Source: an uncultured Acidobacteriota bacterium (GTDB taxonomy: Bacteria; Acidobacteriota; Blastocatellia; RBC074). From it: a stretch of 64,000 bases of DNA. The notes beneath the pieces were generated by a model. The model worked only from the letters and a program-made list of their open reading frames with translations, was not told the origin of the DNA and searched no databases. A program made the translations under genes and the position numbers. Below, in pieces: positions 33,537-42,947 of the stretch (positions are counted from its first letter, which is position 1; the number at the start of each line of letters is the position of its first letter). Location: NCBI GenBank assembly GCA_963796275.1, contig CAWCKY010000001.1, positions 288,001 through 352,000 of the forward strand, given 5' to 3'.

Positions 33537-33932
33537 ATGAAATCCGGTGTATCGCAGGTGCCTGTCCCAACCGATCTTCGAACCCTCCTCGGTGAAGGCA
33601 CATCGCTGACTGGTGAAGTGAAATTTACTGAAATAATGAAGGTAGACTGCCGGGTCTCCGGCAAAATTTCATCAGAAGACGGTAGCCTCATTGTGAGTGA
33701 GAATGGCGAAGTTCAGGCAGACATCGATGCGGGATTTGTCGAAGTAATTGGGTTGGTAGAGGGGAAAATTAACGCTAAGTACAAAATTGAGATCCGCCCC
33801 GGCGGGCGCGTTTATGGCGATATCATTACACCTACTCTGACCATCGAACAGGGCGCAATCTTCGACGGAAAGTGCCATATGATCGATGAAAGCCAGAAGG
33901 CAAGTAAACTTTCCCAGGTTGTTAATATCTAG
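33537..33932 (+). CDS. Bactofilin (polymer-forming cytoskeletal protein)
   Basis: LLGEGTSLTGEV...VEGKI...VYGDIITPTLTIEQGAIFDGKC. Confidence 0.9.
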   Translation: MKSGVSQVPVPTDLRTLLGEGTSLTGEVKFTEIMKVDCRVSGKISSEDGSLIVSENGEVQADIDAGFVEVIGLVEGKINAKYKIEIRPGGRVYGDIITPTLTIEQGAIFDGKCHMIDESQKASKLSQVVNI

Positions 33933-34068
33933 CATCCAATTTTCATTGGGACGTTCGTCTCACGCAACGGCGCAAAAATAAGGTGGGGAAAAGTGAAAGG
34001 GATGGACTTCCTTAAAATCTTTCGCTTCTCGCCCTTTTTGTGCCCTGCGTGAGCTTGCCGTCTTCTCT

Positions 34069-35622
34069 TCATTGCAATCTACTTTTGACGGATTTACCGA
34101 TTGCGACGTGAAAGATCGCGCTCTTGCCTGCTGCGTGCGGCGAGAAAAATTTGATTACGTCGTCGTCATAAAACGTAAGTCCGGTCGCTCCGAACCCCTG
34201 GCCATAGGCTGCCAGGTACATCTTCCCTCCGATAATTCCGGCCTCAAGCTGCACTGCCCGATATCCGCGATTGCCATAGCGTTCAAGCACCGATTTCAAA
34301 TCGGCGATTAAGAACGCGGTCGCGCTCGCGTCTTCAGGCAGTTTCTGTTCGAGGCCGAGATACCCTGCCTCCTCGCGAAACGAACCTGCTTTGAGTAACT
34401 CCAATGCCCGGGCATCGCGGTGGAATACATAAGCACCTGGCTGCAACCCTTCTATCGCATGCACAATCAAATAAATTTCATTGAGATGCGTATGCGAGGG
34501 ATCGAGGAAATCGGCTGGGATCGTTTGCAGGGAGCTGAGAAGCCAGGTTGAGAATTCCCCGAAACTGATCGCCTCGCCGCGTGCGAAACGCCGCGTCGAT
34601 CCGCGCTTTAAAATTACGTCCCCGAGCTGCGTGGGCGACGCATCTCCATCGCTCAAAGGCACGAGCGGGATCATATCTCCTACCGGATCAGGGAGGAGTT
34701 GCTGCGGTGTGTCTCCGCGCCATTCCCGGACTTCGGTCTCTGTAACGAGCGATGATGAGTTATGAATCTGGCGCATCACGGGATAGTCAATTTCATTTGG
34801 TGAAAGAGGCACGGTTTCGAAATTGAGCTGTTCGAGCTCCGCCGGCGGTTCCGGCGGCGGGGCTGAAGTACGCCCCAGCGCCACGAGCGAAAAGGCAACT
34901 TCGCGCGCAGAATCGATGCTGAGCAGCCGGTTCACCTGCTCATCCACAAAACCCATCACGACACGCGCCGGAAGGTCGAGCGCCGCAGCCGTTGCGAGCA
35001 AGTTAGCGAGGATAGTGCCATTGTCCCATCCGAAATGCCGATAAGTTCGCGCTTGATATTTCCAGGCATTGCGCCAGTAAGTGCCAGTGCAGATTATCGT
35101 TACAGGAGCAGCGGCAATGGCGGGCTCATTCCCCGTCGCCCTGGCGATCAAGCCGCGATAGTCGCCAGCCCGCAACCGCCGCAAAGACAAGTCCTGAGGG
35201 TTATAGTGATAAATGCCGGAGGACAGATCGGGCAGATCGCTGCAGACAAGATACAATTCTATTTCGTAGAGCGCACCTGTGCAGGAGGCCGCGCGAAAGA
35301 GCATCTCTCCGCCCGGATTTTTTTTGATCTTTGTGATTCCGGCCGAATAATAGAGCAATTGAACGAGCGTGCTCAGATCGGGGACTGTTCCGGCTGCGAG
35401 GTCGGGGTAGGTCGTTGAGATTGCCGCGAGCGCCGGCATCGCTAACGGCGGCGCTTCGCGAGGCAGTACTATAGGACTGAGCGTTGAATAGATTTTAAAT
35501 GGCAGGGGTTTGTTGGACCAATCGAGGAAATGAGCATTTCGGCGAATGCTCCAGAAGGAATGTTTCGTTCCGTCGTGATAGGTCCAGGCCGCTACCAGAT
35601 CGCGGTTATTCATACCGCTCAT
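34069..35622 (-). CDS. SagB/ThcOx-family dehydrogenase with two nitroreductase-like domains
   Basis: YHDGTKH, RAASCTGALYEIELY, WKYQARTYRH, RYGNRGYR...EAG. Confidence 0.88.
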   Translation of the reverse strand: MSGMNNRDLVAAWTYHDGTKHSFWSIRRNAHFLDWSNKPLPFKIYSTLSPIVLPREAPPLAMPALAAISTTYPDLAAGTVPDLSTLVQLLYYSAGITKIKKNPGGEMLFRAASCTGALYEIELYLVCSDLPDLSSGIYHYNPQDLSLRRLRAGDYRGLIARATGNEPAIAAAPVTIICTGTYWRNAWKYQARTYRHFGWDNGTILANLLATAAALDLPARVVMGFVDEQVNRLLSIDSAREVAFSLVALGRTSAPPPEPPAELEQLNFETVPLSPNEIDYPVMRQIHNSSSLVTETEVREWRGDTPQQLLPDPVGDMIPLVPLSDGDASPTQLGDVILKRGSTRRFARGEAISFGEFSTWLLSSLQTIPADFLDPSHTHLNEIYLIVHAIEGLQPGAYVFHRDARALELLKAGSFREEAGYLGLEQKLPEDASATAFLIADLKSVLERYGNRGYRAVQLEAGIIGGKMYLAAYGQGFGATGLTFYDDDVIKFFSPHAAGKSAIFHVAIGKSVKSRLQ

Positions 35623-36017
35623 CCCATCGTGCTGGTGCGTTCCGGTTTGATCTTGTAGAGAATCCGCACTTCGCCCTGATTTCGGTAAGGATATACATCC
35701 ACGCCGAGATATTTCTTGGCCATCTTGTTTATGTGGTCGTCAGCGCCTTCATGCGTACGTTCAACGACGCGGCCGCGAACCTCGAGATATCGATAAGGAT
35801 TGTCAGGATCCAGGATCGATAGTGAAACTCGCGGCTCTCGTTGCAGGTTCTGATCTTTCACTCTGCCGGCCGCGGTATTGATCAGTACGTTTTCTCCATC
35901 GTAATCGCACCAGACCGGTGTGACCTGCGGCGATCCGTCCGGCATCAGAGTGGCTAAATTGGCGAACGCTTTCTTTTTGAAAAGATCTAGATATTTGTCC
36001 GGAATTGTTTTTGCCAT
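35619..36017 (-). CDS. PPOX-class F420-dependent oxidoreductase
   Basis: LATLMPDGSPQVTPVW, NTAAGRVK, DPDNPYRYLEVRG. Confidence 0.9.
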   Translation of the reverse strand: MAKTIPDKYLDLFKKKAFANLATLMPDGSPQVTPVWCDYDGENVLINTAAGRVKDQNLQREPRVSLSILDPDNPYRYLEVRGRVVERTHEGADDHINKMAKKYLGVDVYPYRNQGEVRILYKIKPERTSTMG

Positions 36018-36166
36018 CGCTTATACTCCCTCAGAACTACTTGATAGTCTTTAATTGTTAGTTTTTAGTTGTTAATGGCAGTTTGTGAAAATTGCCGTCA
36101 CAACTTCTTGCTATCAACTATCAACTATCAACTATATATTATCAACTGTTTTTTCTTGTTTCATTT

Positions 36167-37192
36167 TCATAATACTAACTCTGCCATGGTACGCAGAGCA
36201 TTGATATCCGATAGACCACAAATCATGGTGGTCGTTCCGCTGTTCCGCCAGACCTGAAGCCGTTCCGCGATCCTTTGGCGTGGTCCACATAGGGCGACAT
36301 CGTCAACCAATTCGTCTGGGACGGCATGGGCCGCTTCCTTCTTCTTGCCTGCGAGGTAGAGGTCCTGAATCTTGTGCGCAGCTTCCTCGAAGCCGTATCG
36401 GCACGCGATGTTGAAGTAGAAGTTTTTATCGCGCGCACCCATACCACCGATGTAGAGCGCGAGGAAAGGTTTTACTGCGTCGCGACAGGCATTCACGTCA
36501 TCACCCATACTGACCGTCACGGTCGGAGCGATATCGAAGTCCTTTATCGATTTGCCGCCCCCCGCCTGCGCGAGACCTCGATCGAGCCACTCGCGGTAGA
36601 TGTCCATTCGCGCCGGCGAGAAAAAGACCGGCAGCCAGCCATCGGCGATCTCGGCAGCGAGCTCGACGTTCTTCGGGCCAACAGCGGCCAGATAGATCGG
36701 GATGTTGGGACGCAGCGGATGAAAGATAAGCTTGAGAGGCTTGCCGAGGCCGGAGCCATCCCTGGAGGGGATATCGTAATGTTCGCCGTGATGCTCCAGC
36801 GGCTGCTCGCGCTTCCAAACCTTGCGCATGATCTCGATATACTCCCGCGCGCGCGTGACCGGCTTGCCGTAAGGCAGGCCGTGCCAGCCTTCAACGACCT
36901 GGGGGCCCGAAGCTCCGATGCCGGCGAGCATGCGACCTCCGGTGAGCAGGTCGATCGTTGCCGCAGTCATGGCCGCCACCACTGGCGCTCTGGCGGTCAT
37001 CTGCATAATAGCCGTGCCGACATTGATCTTTTCTGTTTTTGCCGCCAGCCAGACGAGTGGAGAGATCGCATCTGAACCATAGGCCTCCGCAGTCCAGACC
37101 GAGTGATATCCGAGACGATCGGCTTCCTGGGCAAGAGCGATGTAATCAATCGGTGATGATCCCCAGTAACCGAGATTCAAGCCTAGTCGCAT
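36167..37192 (-). CDS. LLM-class F420-dependent oxidoreductase
   Basis: [44 protein letters not shown]. Confidence 0.92.
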   Translation of the reverse strand: MRLGLNLGYWGSSPIDYIALAQEADRLGYHSVWTAEAYGSDAISPLVWLAAKTEKINVGTAIMQMTARAPVVAAMTAATIDLLTGGRMLAGIGASGPQVVEGWHGLPYGKPVTRAREYIEIMRKVWKREQPLEHHGEHYDIPSRDGSGLGKPLKLIFHPLRPNIPIYLAAVGPKNVELAAEIADGWLPVFFSPARMDIYREWLDRGLAQAGGGKSIKDFDIAPTVTVSMGDDVNACRDAVKPFLALYIGGMGARDKNFYFNIACRYGFEEAAHKIQDLYLAGKKKEAAHAVPDELVDDVALCGPRQRIAERLQVWRNSGTTTMICGLSDINALRTMAELVL

Positions 37193-37507
37193 TGGTTCTC
37201 TCCTTTATAATTAGACTGGGTTGACGGGATTATCCAAGATCAACGGGATTTCCCGGCCCGGCCCATAAAATACAGGCGATCAATGAAATGTCATCAACCA
37301 TATTATCAGCAGTCTGAACCATATCTTCGATCAGACTGTTTCAATATGCGCAATCTTACTTGAAATGACAGGTTTCGACCGAGGTATCATTCGCCGAATC
37401 TATTTTGCCGCTCCGGAATCTAGCCTGCCGCTCTCAACTCTCATTCATTCTCCAGACCATCGATGCTGAAAGACAGGTTGAGTTGAGATATCGCCAACGA
37501 CGATGAC

Positions 37508-39251
37508 TCAGAGTGTCGCAGAAATCTCCGCGATCTCCTTCAAATAGTCCGATAATTCTTTAAACCCGCCGTTTTCAATCTTCATTTGCCACAGCCAGTC
37601 AACAGAAACGCGTTTCCCAGTCAGCCGGCCGTTCACCTCTTCCCATGCACATTCGCGAGCCAGACATGCCAAATAGAACAACCAAATCATTCGTTGCGCA
37701 AAAGTTTTGAACACTACGCCGGCTGCGGATTCGTCGAGGAGAAGGAGGGAATCGAGCTTTGCCCGCAAATCCTCGACGTGCTCCAAGCCCTTGCTCTTCA
37801 TATACCCGTCATCCAGGCCCTCGAACCATTCAGTCAGCACCGCGCAGAAAGCATCGTGTAGTCTGTAGCGGTGTAGATCACGCACAGACTGTGCCAGCAG
37901 CGTATTGTGCGCCCCTTCCCATGTCTCGAAGATCACGCTGTCGCGCAACAGACGCGGCAATACCGAAAAATTCTCCATAGCGCCATTCCCGCCCAAAATC
38001 TCGATCCCACGTCGAATCACATCGGTGCCCAAGCTCGAACTGCAATACTTATTCAGGTTGACGACAAGCCGGAAAAACTTCTGGCCCTTTTCATCCGCTT
38101 CGCCCGCTTCGATCTGGTCACGCAGATGCGCGAGATGAAGACTGCCCGAGGTCAGCGCCATTGTGATGGTGCGCATCTCGGCGAGAGTCTCCTGCACCAG
38201 TGGGAAATCCTTGATCGCCGTTCCAAAAGCCTGCCGATGCTGCGCGTAGGTCCATGCGATGAGGTAAGCCCGCCGCGCGGCTGCAGCCGACCCGGCCGAA
38301 TTGTATAGGCGCGAGGTATTGATCACATAATCCATCGCGTGCTGAAAGCCGCGCCCGGGCCCGCCAATCTGATAGGCGATCGCATCACGGAAATCCACCT
38401 CAGCGGTCGCAAGAGACTTTGTTCCGAGTTTGTCCTTCAAGCGGCGGATGAAAATCCCGTTCGTAGCCCCACCGTCGAGCAGACGCGGTACCAGGAAGAG
38501 AGCCAGACCTTTTGTTCCCGCGGGAGCATCTTGTGGGCGCGCAGTTACCAACGCCAGAATCTGCGGTTACATTTGAGCAAAACCACTTCTCGCCGTTTAT
38601 CGCCCATATATTTCTTTTTTCATCCAGCAAAGTAGCGCTAACGGCATTGGTCCCGACATCGGAGCCTCCCTGCACTTCGGTCAGAAATTGGGCTCCATGA
38701 AACTTCGTCGAGTAATTCGGATCGAGCAATTTCGGGAGATATTTCGCCTTCAACTCGTCGTCCCCGGCGTATTGCAGAGTTTTGATGACCCCTGCGGTAC
38801 AGGCGAGCGGGCAGTTATGACCTGCCTCGCCGTTATAGGAGGACAGATAAAAGAGCGTTAGTGCGAGCAGGTTGTTGCCGGGTTCCGCATAAACTGACAT
38901 CGCCCCCGACCCATAAATGTATTTACCGGCAAAATGATGATCGGTGCAGTGCATGACACCTTCATTGCGCTCGCCGATGGCCGAATAACGATCTAGCCGA
39001 GGCAGATTATCGGCCTCATTAGCGCTTCTCGCGGCCTGATCGACGATCGTCGCCGCTTCAAACCCGAACCTTGAAAGTCTTTCAGTATGCGAGCGCAAAC
39101 GATCGGGGCCCCAATAAAATTCGAGGACGTTTTGTAGATGGCGATCCGACTCATAGAAATTTTCCGGCTGGCCGCGGTCCCATTCCGCCAGCGCGCGCCG
39201 GCCTTTTTCGAAGGCCTGGGTTTGTTCGGGTTCTTTGATCGGTACGCTCAT
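37508..39251 (-). pseudogene. AidB-like acyl-CoA dehydrogenase split by a 1-nt frameshift near 38558
   Basis: N-half GAQFLTEVQGGSDVG...NGEKWFCS and C-half RRLKDKLGT...ETWEG lie in different frames. Removing one base restores NVTADLALVTARP. Could be a sequencing error. Confidence 0.85.
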
Positions 39252-39271
39252 TAAATGACTCCTCAGAAAAT

Positions 39272-39323
39272 AGTTTTCAGTTTTCAGTTGGGAGGTCCCG
39301 ATCGTCAACTGAAACTGAAAACT
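39272..39323. repeat. Heptamer (AGTTTTC)n inverted repeat
   Basis: agttttcagttttcagttg...caactgaaactgaaaact. Confidence 0.75.
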
Positions 39324-40167
39324 ATTTCGCCTTTTCCAACAGTTTCTTGGCCGCCGTGAGATGCAATTGATCGACCATCTTTCCCTCCAGCAATACAACA
39401 CCGCGGCCTGCCGCGTGTGCGGCTTCGAGAGCGGCTACCACGCGCTGAGCTTCGGCAATTTGTTCCGCGGTCGGCGCGAAAACCTCGTTGACGATCTCAA
39501 TATGAGAGGGATGGATGATCGTCTTGCCGTCATAACCGAGATTGCGCGATGCATGGCACCTGCGGCGCAGACCCTGCAGATCAGCAATCGCGAAATGCGG
39601 TGAATCGTAAGCCGCTACTCCCGCTGCGCGCGCCGCCATCAGAACCTGCGAGCGGGCGACGAAAAGTTCAGCTTCGTCATCGCTCAACAAACACCCAATT
39701 TCGCGCGCCAGATCCGCTGCGCCGAAGAGAAGACCGACCACCAGTTCGTTAGCTTGCGCGATCTCACGACTCGCGCACACACCGCGGGGCGTTTCAATCT
39801 GACAAAGTATCTTGTTGCGGGGCTCGAACGCGCGCTGGTGGTAGCGGCTTTTGATGACGGGCGCGATCGTCGTGACGTCATCTACACTTTCGATCTTGGG
39901 GATGACGATGCCGGGCACACCGCTGGCAGCCACCGCTCGCGCATCTTCCAGTCCCCATTCCGTTTGAAGTGAGTTGATGCGTACGTAAACCTCCCGGCCG
40001 CTAAAGTCCATTTCGCGCAGCATCCCCGCGACCGTCGCCCGCGCTTCGATCTTCTGCTCGGGCGCGATCGCGTCCTCGAGGTCCAGGATCAATGCATCGG
40101 CTGCCGAATCGTGCGCCTTCAAAATCATGCGCTCCGAGATGCCCGGAACGTATAGCAAGCTACGCAT
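39322..40167 (-). CDS. citE: CitE-family (HpcH/HpaI) CoA-ester lyase
   Basis: RSLLYVPG, LDLEDAI, YVRIN, IETP, GKTIIHP, GKMVD. Confidence 0.9.
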   Translation of the reverse strand: MRSLLYVPGISERMILKAHDSAADALILDLEDAIAPEQKIEARATVAGMLREMDFSGREVYVRINSLQTEWGLEDARAVAASGVPGIVIPKIESVDDVTTIAPVIKSRYHQRAFEPRNKILCQIETPRGVCASREIAQANELVVGLLFGAADLAREIGCLLSDDEAELFVARSQVLMAARAAGVAAYDSPHFAIADLQGLRRRCHASRNLGYDGKTIIHPSHIEIVNEVFAPTAEQIAEAQRVVAALEAAHAAGRGVVLLEGKMVDQLHLTAAKKLLEKAK

Positions 40168-40658
40168 TACCGTTCACCCCCATTAAAACCTGGGGGAGCG
40201 TAGCCCTCAGAGCCGCTTTTCGGCACGAGCACACGACGGCGGAAGGTCAGTACCACTTCATCGTTTTGATTGCGCGCCCGCGTTTCGACGTAGATGATGC
40301 CACGGTCAGACTTGCGATCGGATTCGCGTTTATCGAGTACCTCGGTCTCGGAATAGATAGTGTCTCCGTGAAAGGTAGGTCCGAGATGTTTGATGTATTC
40401 GTACTCAAGATTGGCAATGCAGCGACCGCTGACATCTGCGACGGACATTCCGACTGCGAGTGCGAAAACGAAAGTCCCATTGACCAACCGCCGCCCGTGT
40501 TGCGTGCTCTGCGCGTAATTTTCATCAATATGCAGCGGATTCTGGTTCATCGTCATGAGACTGAACCACGTGTCGTCGAACTCAGTAATTGTGCGTCCCG
40601 GCCAGTGCCGATAGACATCGCCCACCGTGAACTCCTCAAAGTATCTTCCGTAACCCAT
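40167..40658 (-). CDS. MaoC-family dehydratase
   Basis: GRYFEEF...PGRTITE...TMNQNPLHID, PTFHGDT. Confidence 0.92.
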   Translation of the reverse strand: MGYGRYFEEFTVGDVYRHWPGRTITEFDDTWFSLMTMNQNPLHIDENYAQSTQHGRRLVNGTFVFALAVGMSVADVSGRCIANLEYEYIKHLGPTFHGDTIYSETEVLDKRESDRKSDRGIIYVETRARNQNDEVVLTFRRRVLVPKSGSEGYAPPGFNGGER

Positions 40659-40664
40659 ATTCCC

Positions 40665-41822
40665 TCATTTAATAGGATATTTTGCGATCAGCCCCCTGGC
40701 GATGATCAGCCGCTGCAGCTCATTCGTTCCGCCGCCGATGATAAGCAGCGGCGCATCGCGATAATAACGTTCGACGCGCAGGTCTTTCGAATAACCGGCA
40801 CCGCCGTGGATCCGCAAAGACTGAAGCGCTACGTCCTGAGCCGTCTCGGTTGCAAACAGTTTCGCCATTCCTACTTCTAGATCGCAGCGCTCGCCGCGGT
40901 CCTTCTTCTCTGCCGCCGAATAGACCAATAACCGGGCCGCCTCGATCTTCGTTCCCATCTCGGCCAACATATTCTGAATAGTCTGATACTCGCCGATCGG
41001 TTTGCCGAATGTGTAGCGCTGCTGCGCGTATGATATCGCGTCTTCGAAGGCGGCTCGCGCAAGCCCGACGCCCCGCGCGGCCACATTGATGCGCTCGCTC
41101 TCCAGGCCGGTCATAATCTGTTTGAAACCATCGCCTTCGCGCCCGCCGATCAGGTTCTTCGCGGGTACGAAGAAGTTATCGAAAAACAGCTCGCACGTCT
41201 CGACGCCGCGGTAACCCAACTTGTCGATATCCCGCCCGACTATGAACCCCTCGCCGCCCTTCTCAATGACAAATGCCGAGATGCCTTTATATGGCGGCTC
41301 GGCGTGAATATCGGTCTTTGCCGCAAGGACAAAGGTATCGCCATAACGGCCATTCGTGATCCACATCTTGGAGCCGTTTATCAGGTAACCGTCGCCTTTG
41401 CGCACCGCAGTCGTCCTGATACGTTGCACATCCGTGCCGGCATCTGCTTCGGATAAAGCCAGTCCACCGCGGCGTTGGCCACTTGCGAGTCCCGGCAGAA
41501 ATTCGCGCTTCTGCTCGGCGGTGCCGAAGCGAGTTATGATGTCGCAGATTACCGAATGCGTTCCGATAGGGCCGACGAGGCTCATCCATCCGCGCGACAG
41601 TTCCTCGACGATCAGCGCAAATGTCGTATAGCTCAATCCCAGCCCGCCATATTCCTCGGGGACGTTGCAGCTGAAAAGTCCCAGATCTTTCATCACTCCG
41701 ATGATTTCGTGAGGATATTCGTGATTGTTCTCGATTTGGCTGGCGAGCGGAATTACCTGGCGCTCGACAAACTCGCGGATGCTGTTGAGAATCTGCTGCT
41801 GCACTTCGTCGAGCGTAAACAT
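40665..41822 (-). CDS. Acyl-CoA dehydrogenase
   Basis: PEEYGGLG, LSEADAGTD, NGSKMWITN, KLGYRG, IHGGAGY, GGTNELQR. Confidence 0.95.
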   Translation of the reverse strand: MFTLDEVQQQILNSIREFVERQVIPLASQIENNHEYPHEIIGVMKDLGLFSCNVPEEYGGLGLSYTTFALIVEELSRGWMSLVGPIGTHSVICDIITRFGTAEQKREFLPGLASGQRRGGLALSEADAGTDVQRIRTTAVRKGDGYLINGSKMWITNGRYGDTFVLAAKTDIHAEPPYKGISAFVIEKGGEGFIVGRDIDKLGYRGVETCELFFDNFFVPAKNLIGGREGDGFKQIMTGLESERINVAARGVGLARAAFEDAISYAQQRYTFGKPIGEYQTIQNMLAEMGTKIEAARLLVYSAAEKKDRGERCDLEVGMAKLFATETAQDVALQSLRIHGGAGYSKDLRVERYYRDAPLLIIGGGTNELQRLIIARGLIAKYPIK

Positions 41823-41849
41823 AGTTTAACCCTTTCCGGTAGTAGTTTA

Positions 41850-42599
41850 TTATGCCAACTTTGAGAGTCTATTCTCCCCCTGTGACGATTGTCTACGGCG
41901 CCCCAACCAACGGCGCAGAGTGATTACCCAGGAGAGCGCGAAGTAGTAGACGGGGAAAGCAAGCGAAGCCCATACTAGTGGTCTCGCATCTTCGAAGACC
42001 TGGGCTACTATCAAGATCAATGATAGACCCCACAGGAGACAAAGGACGATGGTCAGCTTATTCAACGGTCCGCCGCGCGAGGGATAGAGATAGAGCGATG
42101 GGACAAACGTCAGGAGCGCCAGGATGAGAATGATCCCCACAGAAATCCAGACCGGCAGCTGCATCCAATACAGGTAAGCCGCCACGACATTCCAGTACGA
42201 AGGAAAACCAAGAAAAAAGTTATCCGCGGTCTTGGCGTTCGTCTGAGAGAAGCCATAGATGCTGGCGAGGAGCGGCACCAGCAACAATAAATTCATACTC
42301 CCTGGCAAAATCTCCGCGCGCCAGATGAAGAGAAGAGGCAGTGATGTATATGTCTGGAAGTCTATGATGTCGTCGAGTCGCCGGCCATCCAATTGTGGGA
42401 CAAATTCTTTAACGCGCGCCTGTCGGGCCAACCAGCCGTCGGTCGTATCGATAAACGTGGCAAAGATCATGAGCGCGATCAACAGGCGGAAAGATTCCTC
42501 ATCGCCGCGCACAATGAGCACAGCCATACCTGCCGCTGCTATTAGTCCGAGCGTGGTGTAGCAATGAGCACACCATGCGAACAATTTCTCCTGGAACAT
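41850..42599 (-). CDS. pcs: CDP-alcohol phosphatidyltransferase, phosphatidylcholine-synthase-like
   Basis: HCYT, DTTDGWLAR, LDGRRLDDIIDF, AKTADNFFLGFPSYWN. Confidence 0.8.
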   Translation of the reverse strand: MFQEKLFAWCAHCYTTLGLIAAAGMAVLIVRGDEESFRLLIALMIFATFIDTTDGWLARQARVKEFVPQLDGRRLDDIIDFQTYTSLPLLFIWRAEILPGSMNLLLLVPLLASIYGFSQTNAKTADNFFLGFPSYWNVVAAYLYWMQLPVWISVGIILILALLTFVPSLYLYPSRGGPLNKLTIVLCLLWGLSLILIVAQVFEDARPLVWASLAFPVYYFALSWVITLRRWLGRRRQSSQGENRLSKLA

Positions 42600-42775
42600 T
42601 CTTTTTGTTAAATATTGATTTTAAGATAATGAATCTTCACCCCATGAAGATGAGAGAAAGCAGCCGGGATAATATCCTTTTCCTTACCCATTTTTCGCAC
42701 GTTATGCATATTTCTTCAACGCTTAGCGAAGGAAGAGATGCGTCTTCGGTGCAAAGATCTGGAGAATTGAAGGAG

Positions 42776-42929
42776 GGAGCGCAGCACTACCCCTCAAGAC
42801 CGATCCGAGAGTTAAACACATCCTGTCTGGATGTGAAAGACTGGGGCTCTCATATTCTTTCAAGGGTGGAAGGGTTCCGTGGGCTTAATGCCGCACTCCG
42901 ACCCCGGCCACCCCCTGGCCACGCGGGTC
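42776..42929 (-). ncRNA. Candidate structured ncRNA (5' hairpin plus long rod-like stem-loop)
   Basis: 13-bp closing stem GGAGUGCGGCAUU/AGUGCUGCGCUCC with 3 G-U pairs on the - strand only; apical CACAUCC/GGAUGUG; 5' hairpin GACCC-GGCCA/UGGCC-GGGUC. Confidence 0.45.
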
Positions 42930-42947
42930 AAGATGGAGCACGATTTC

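Noticed and set aside
38540-38570. Programmed ribosomal frameshift in the split acyl-CoA dehydrogenase
   Set aside because: No slippery heptamer or homopolymer at the junction; a simple indel is more parsimonious.
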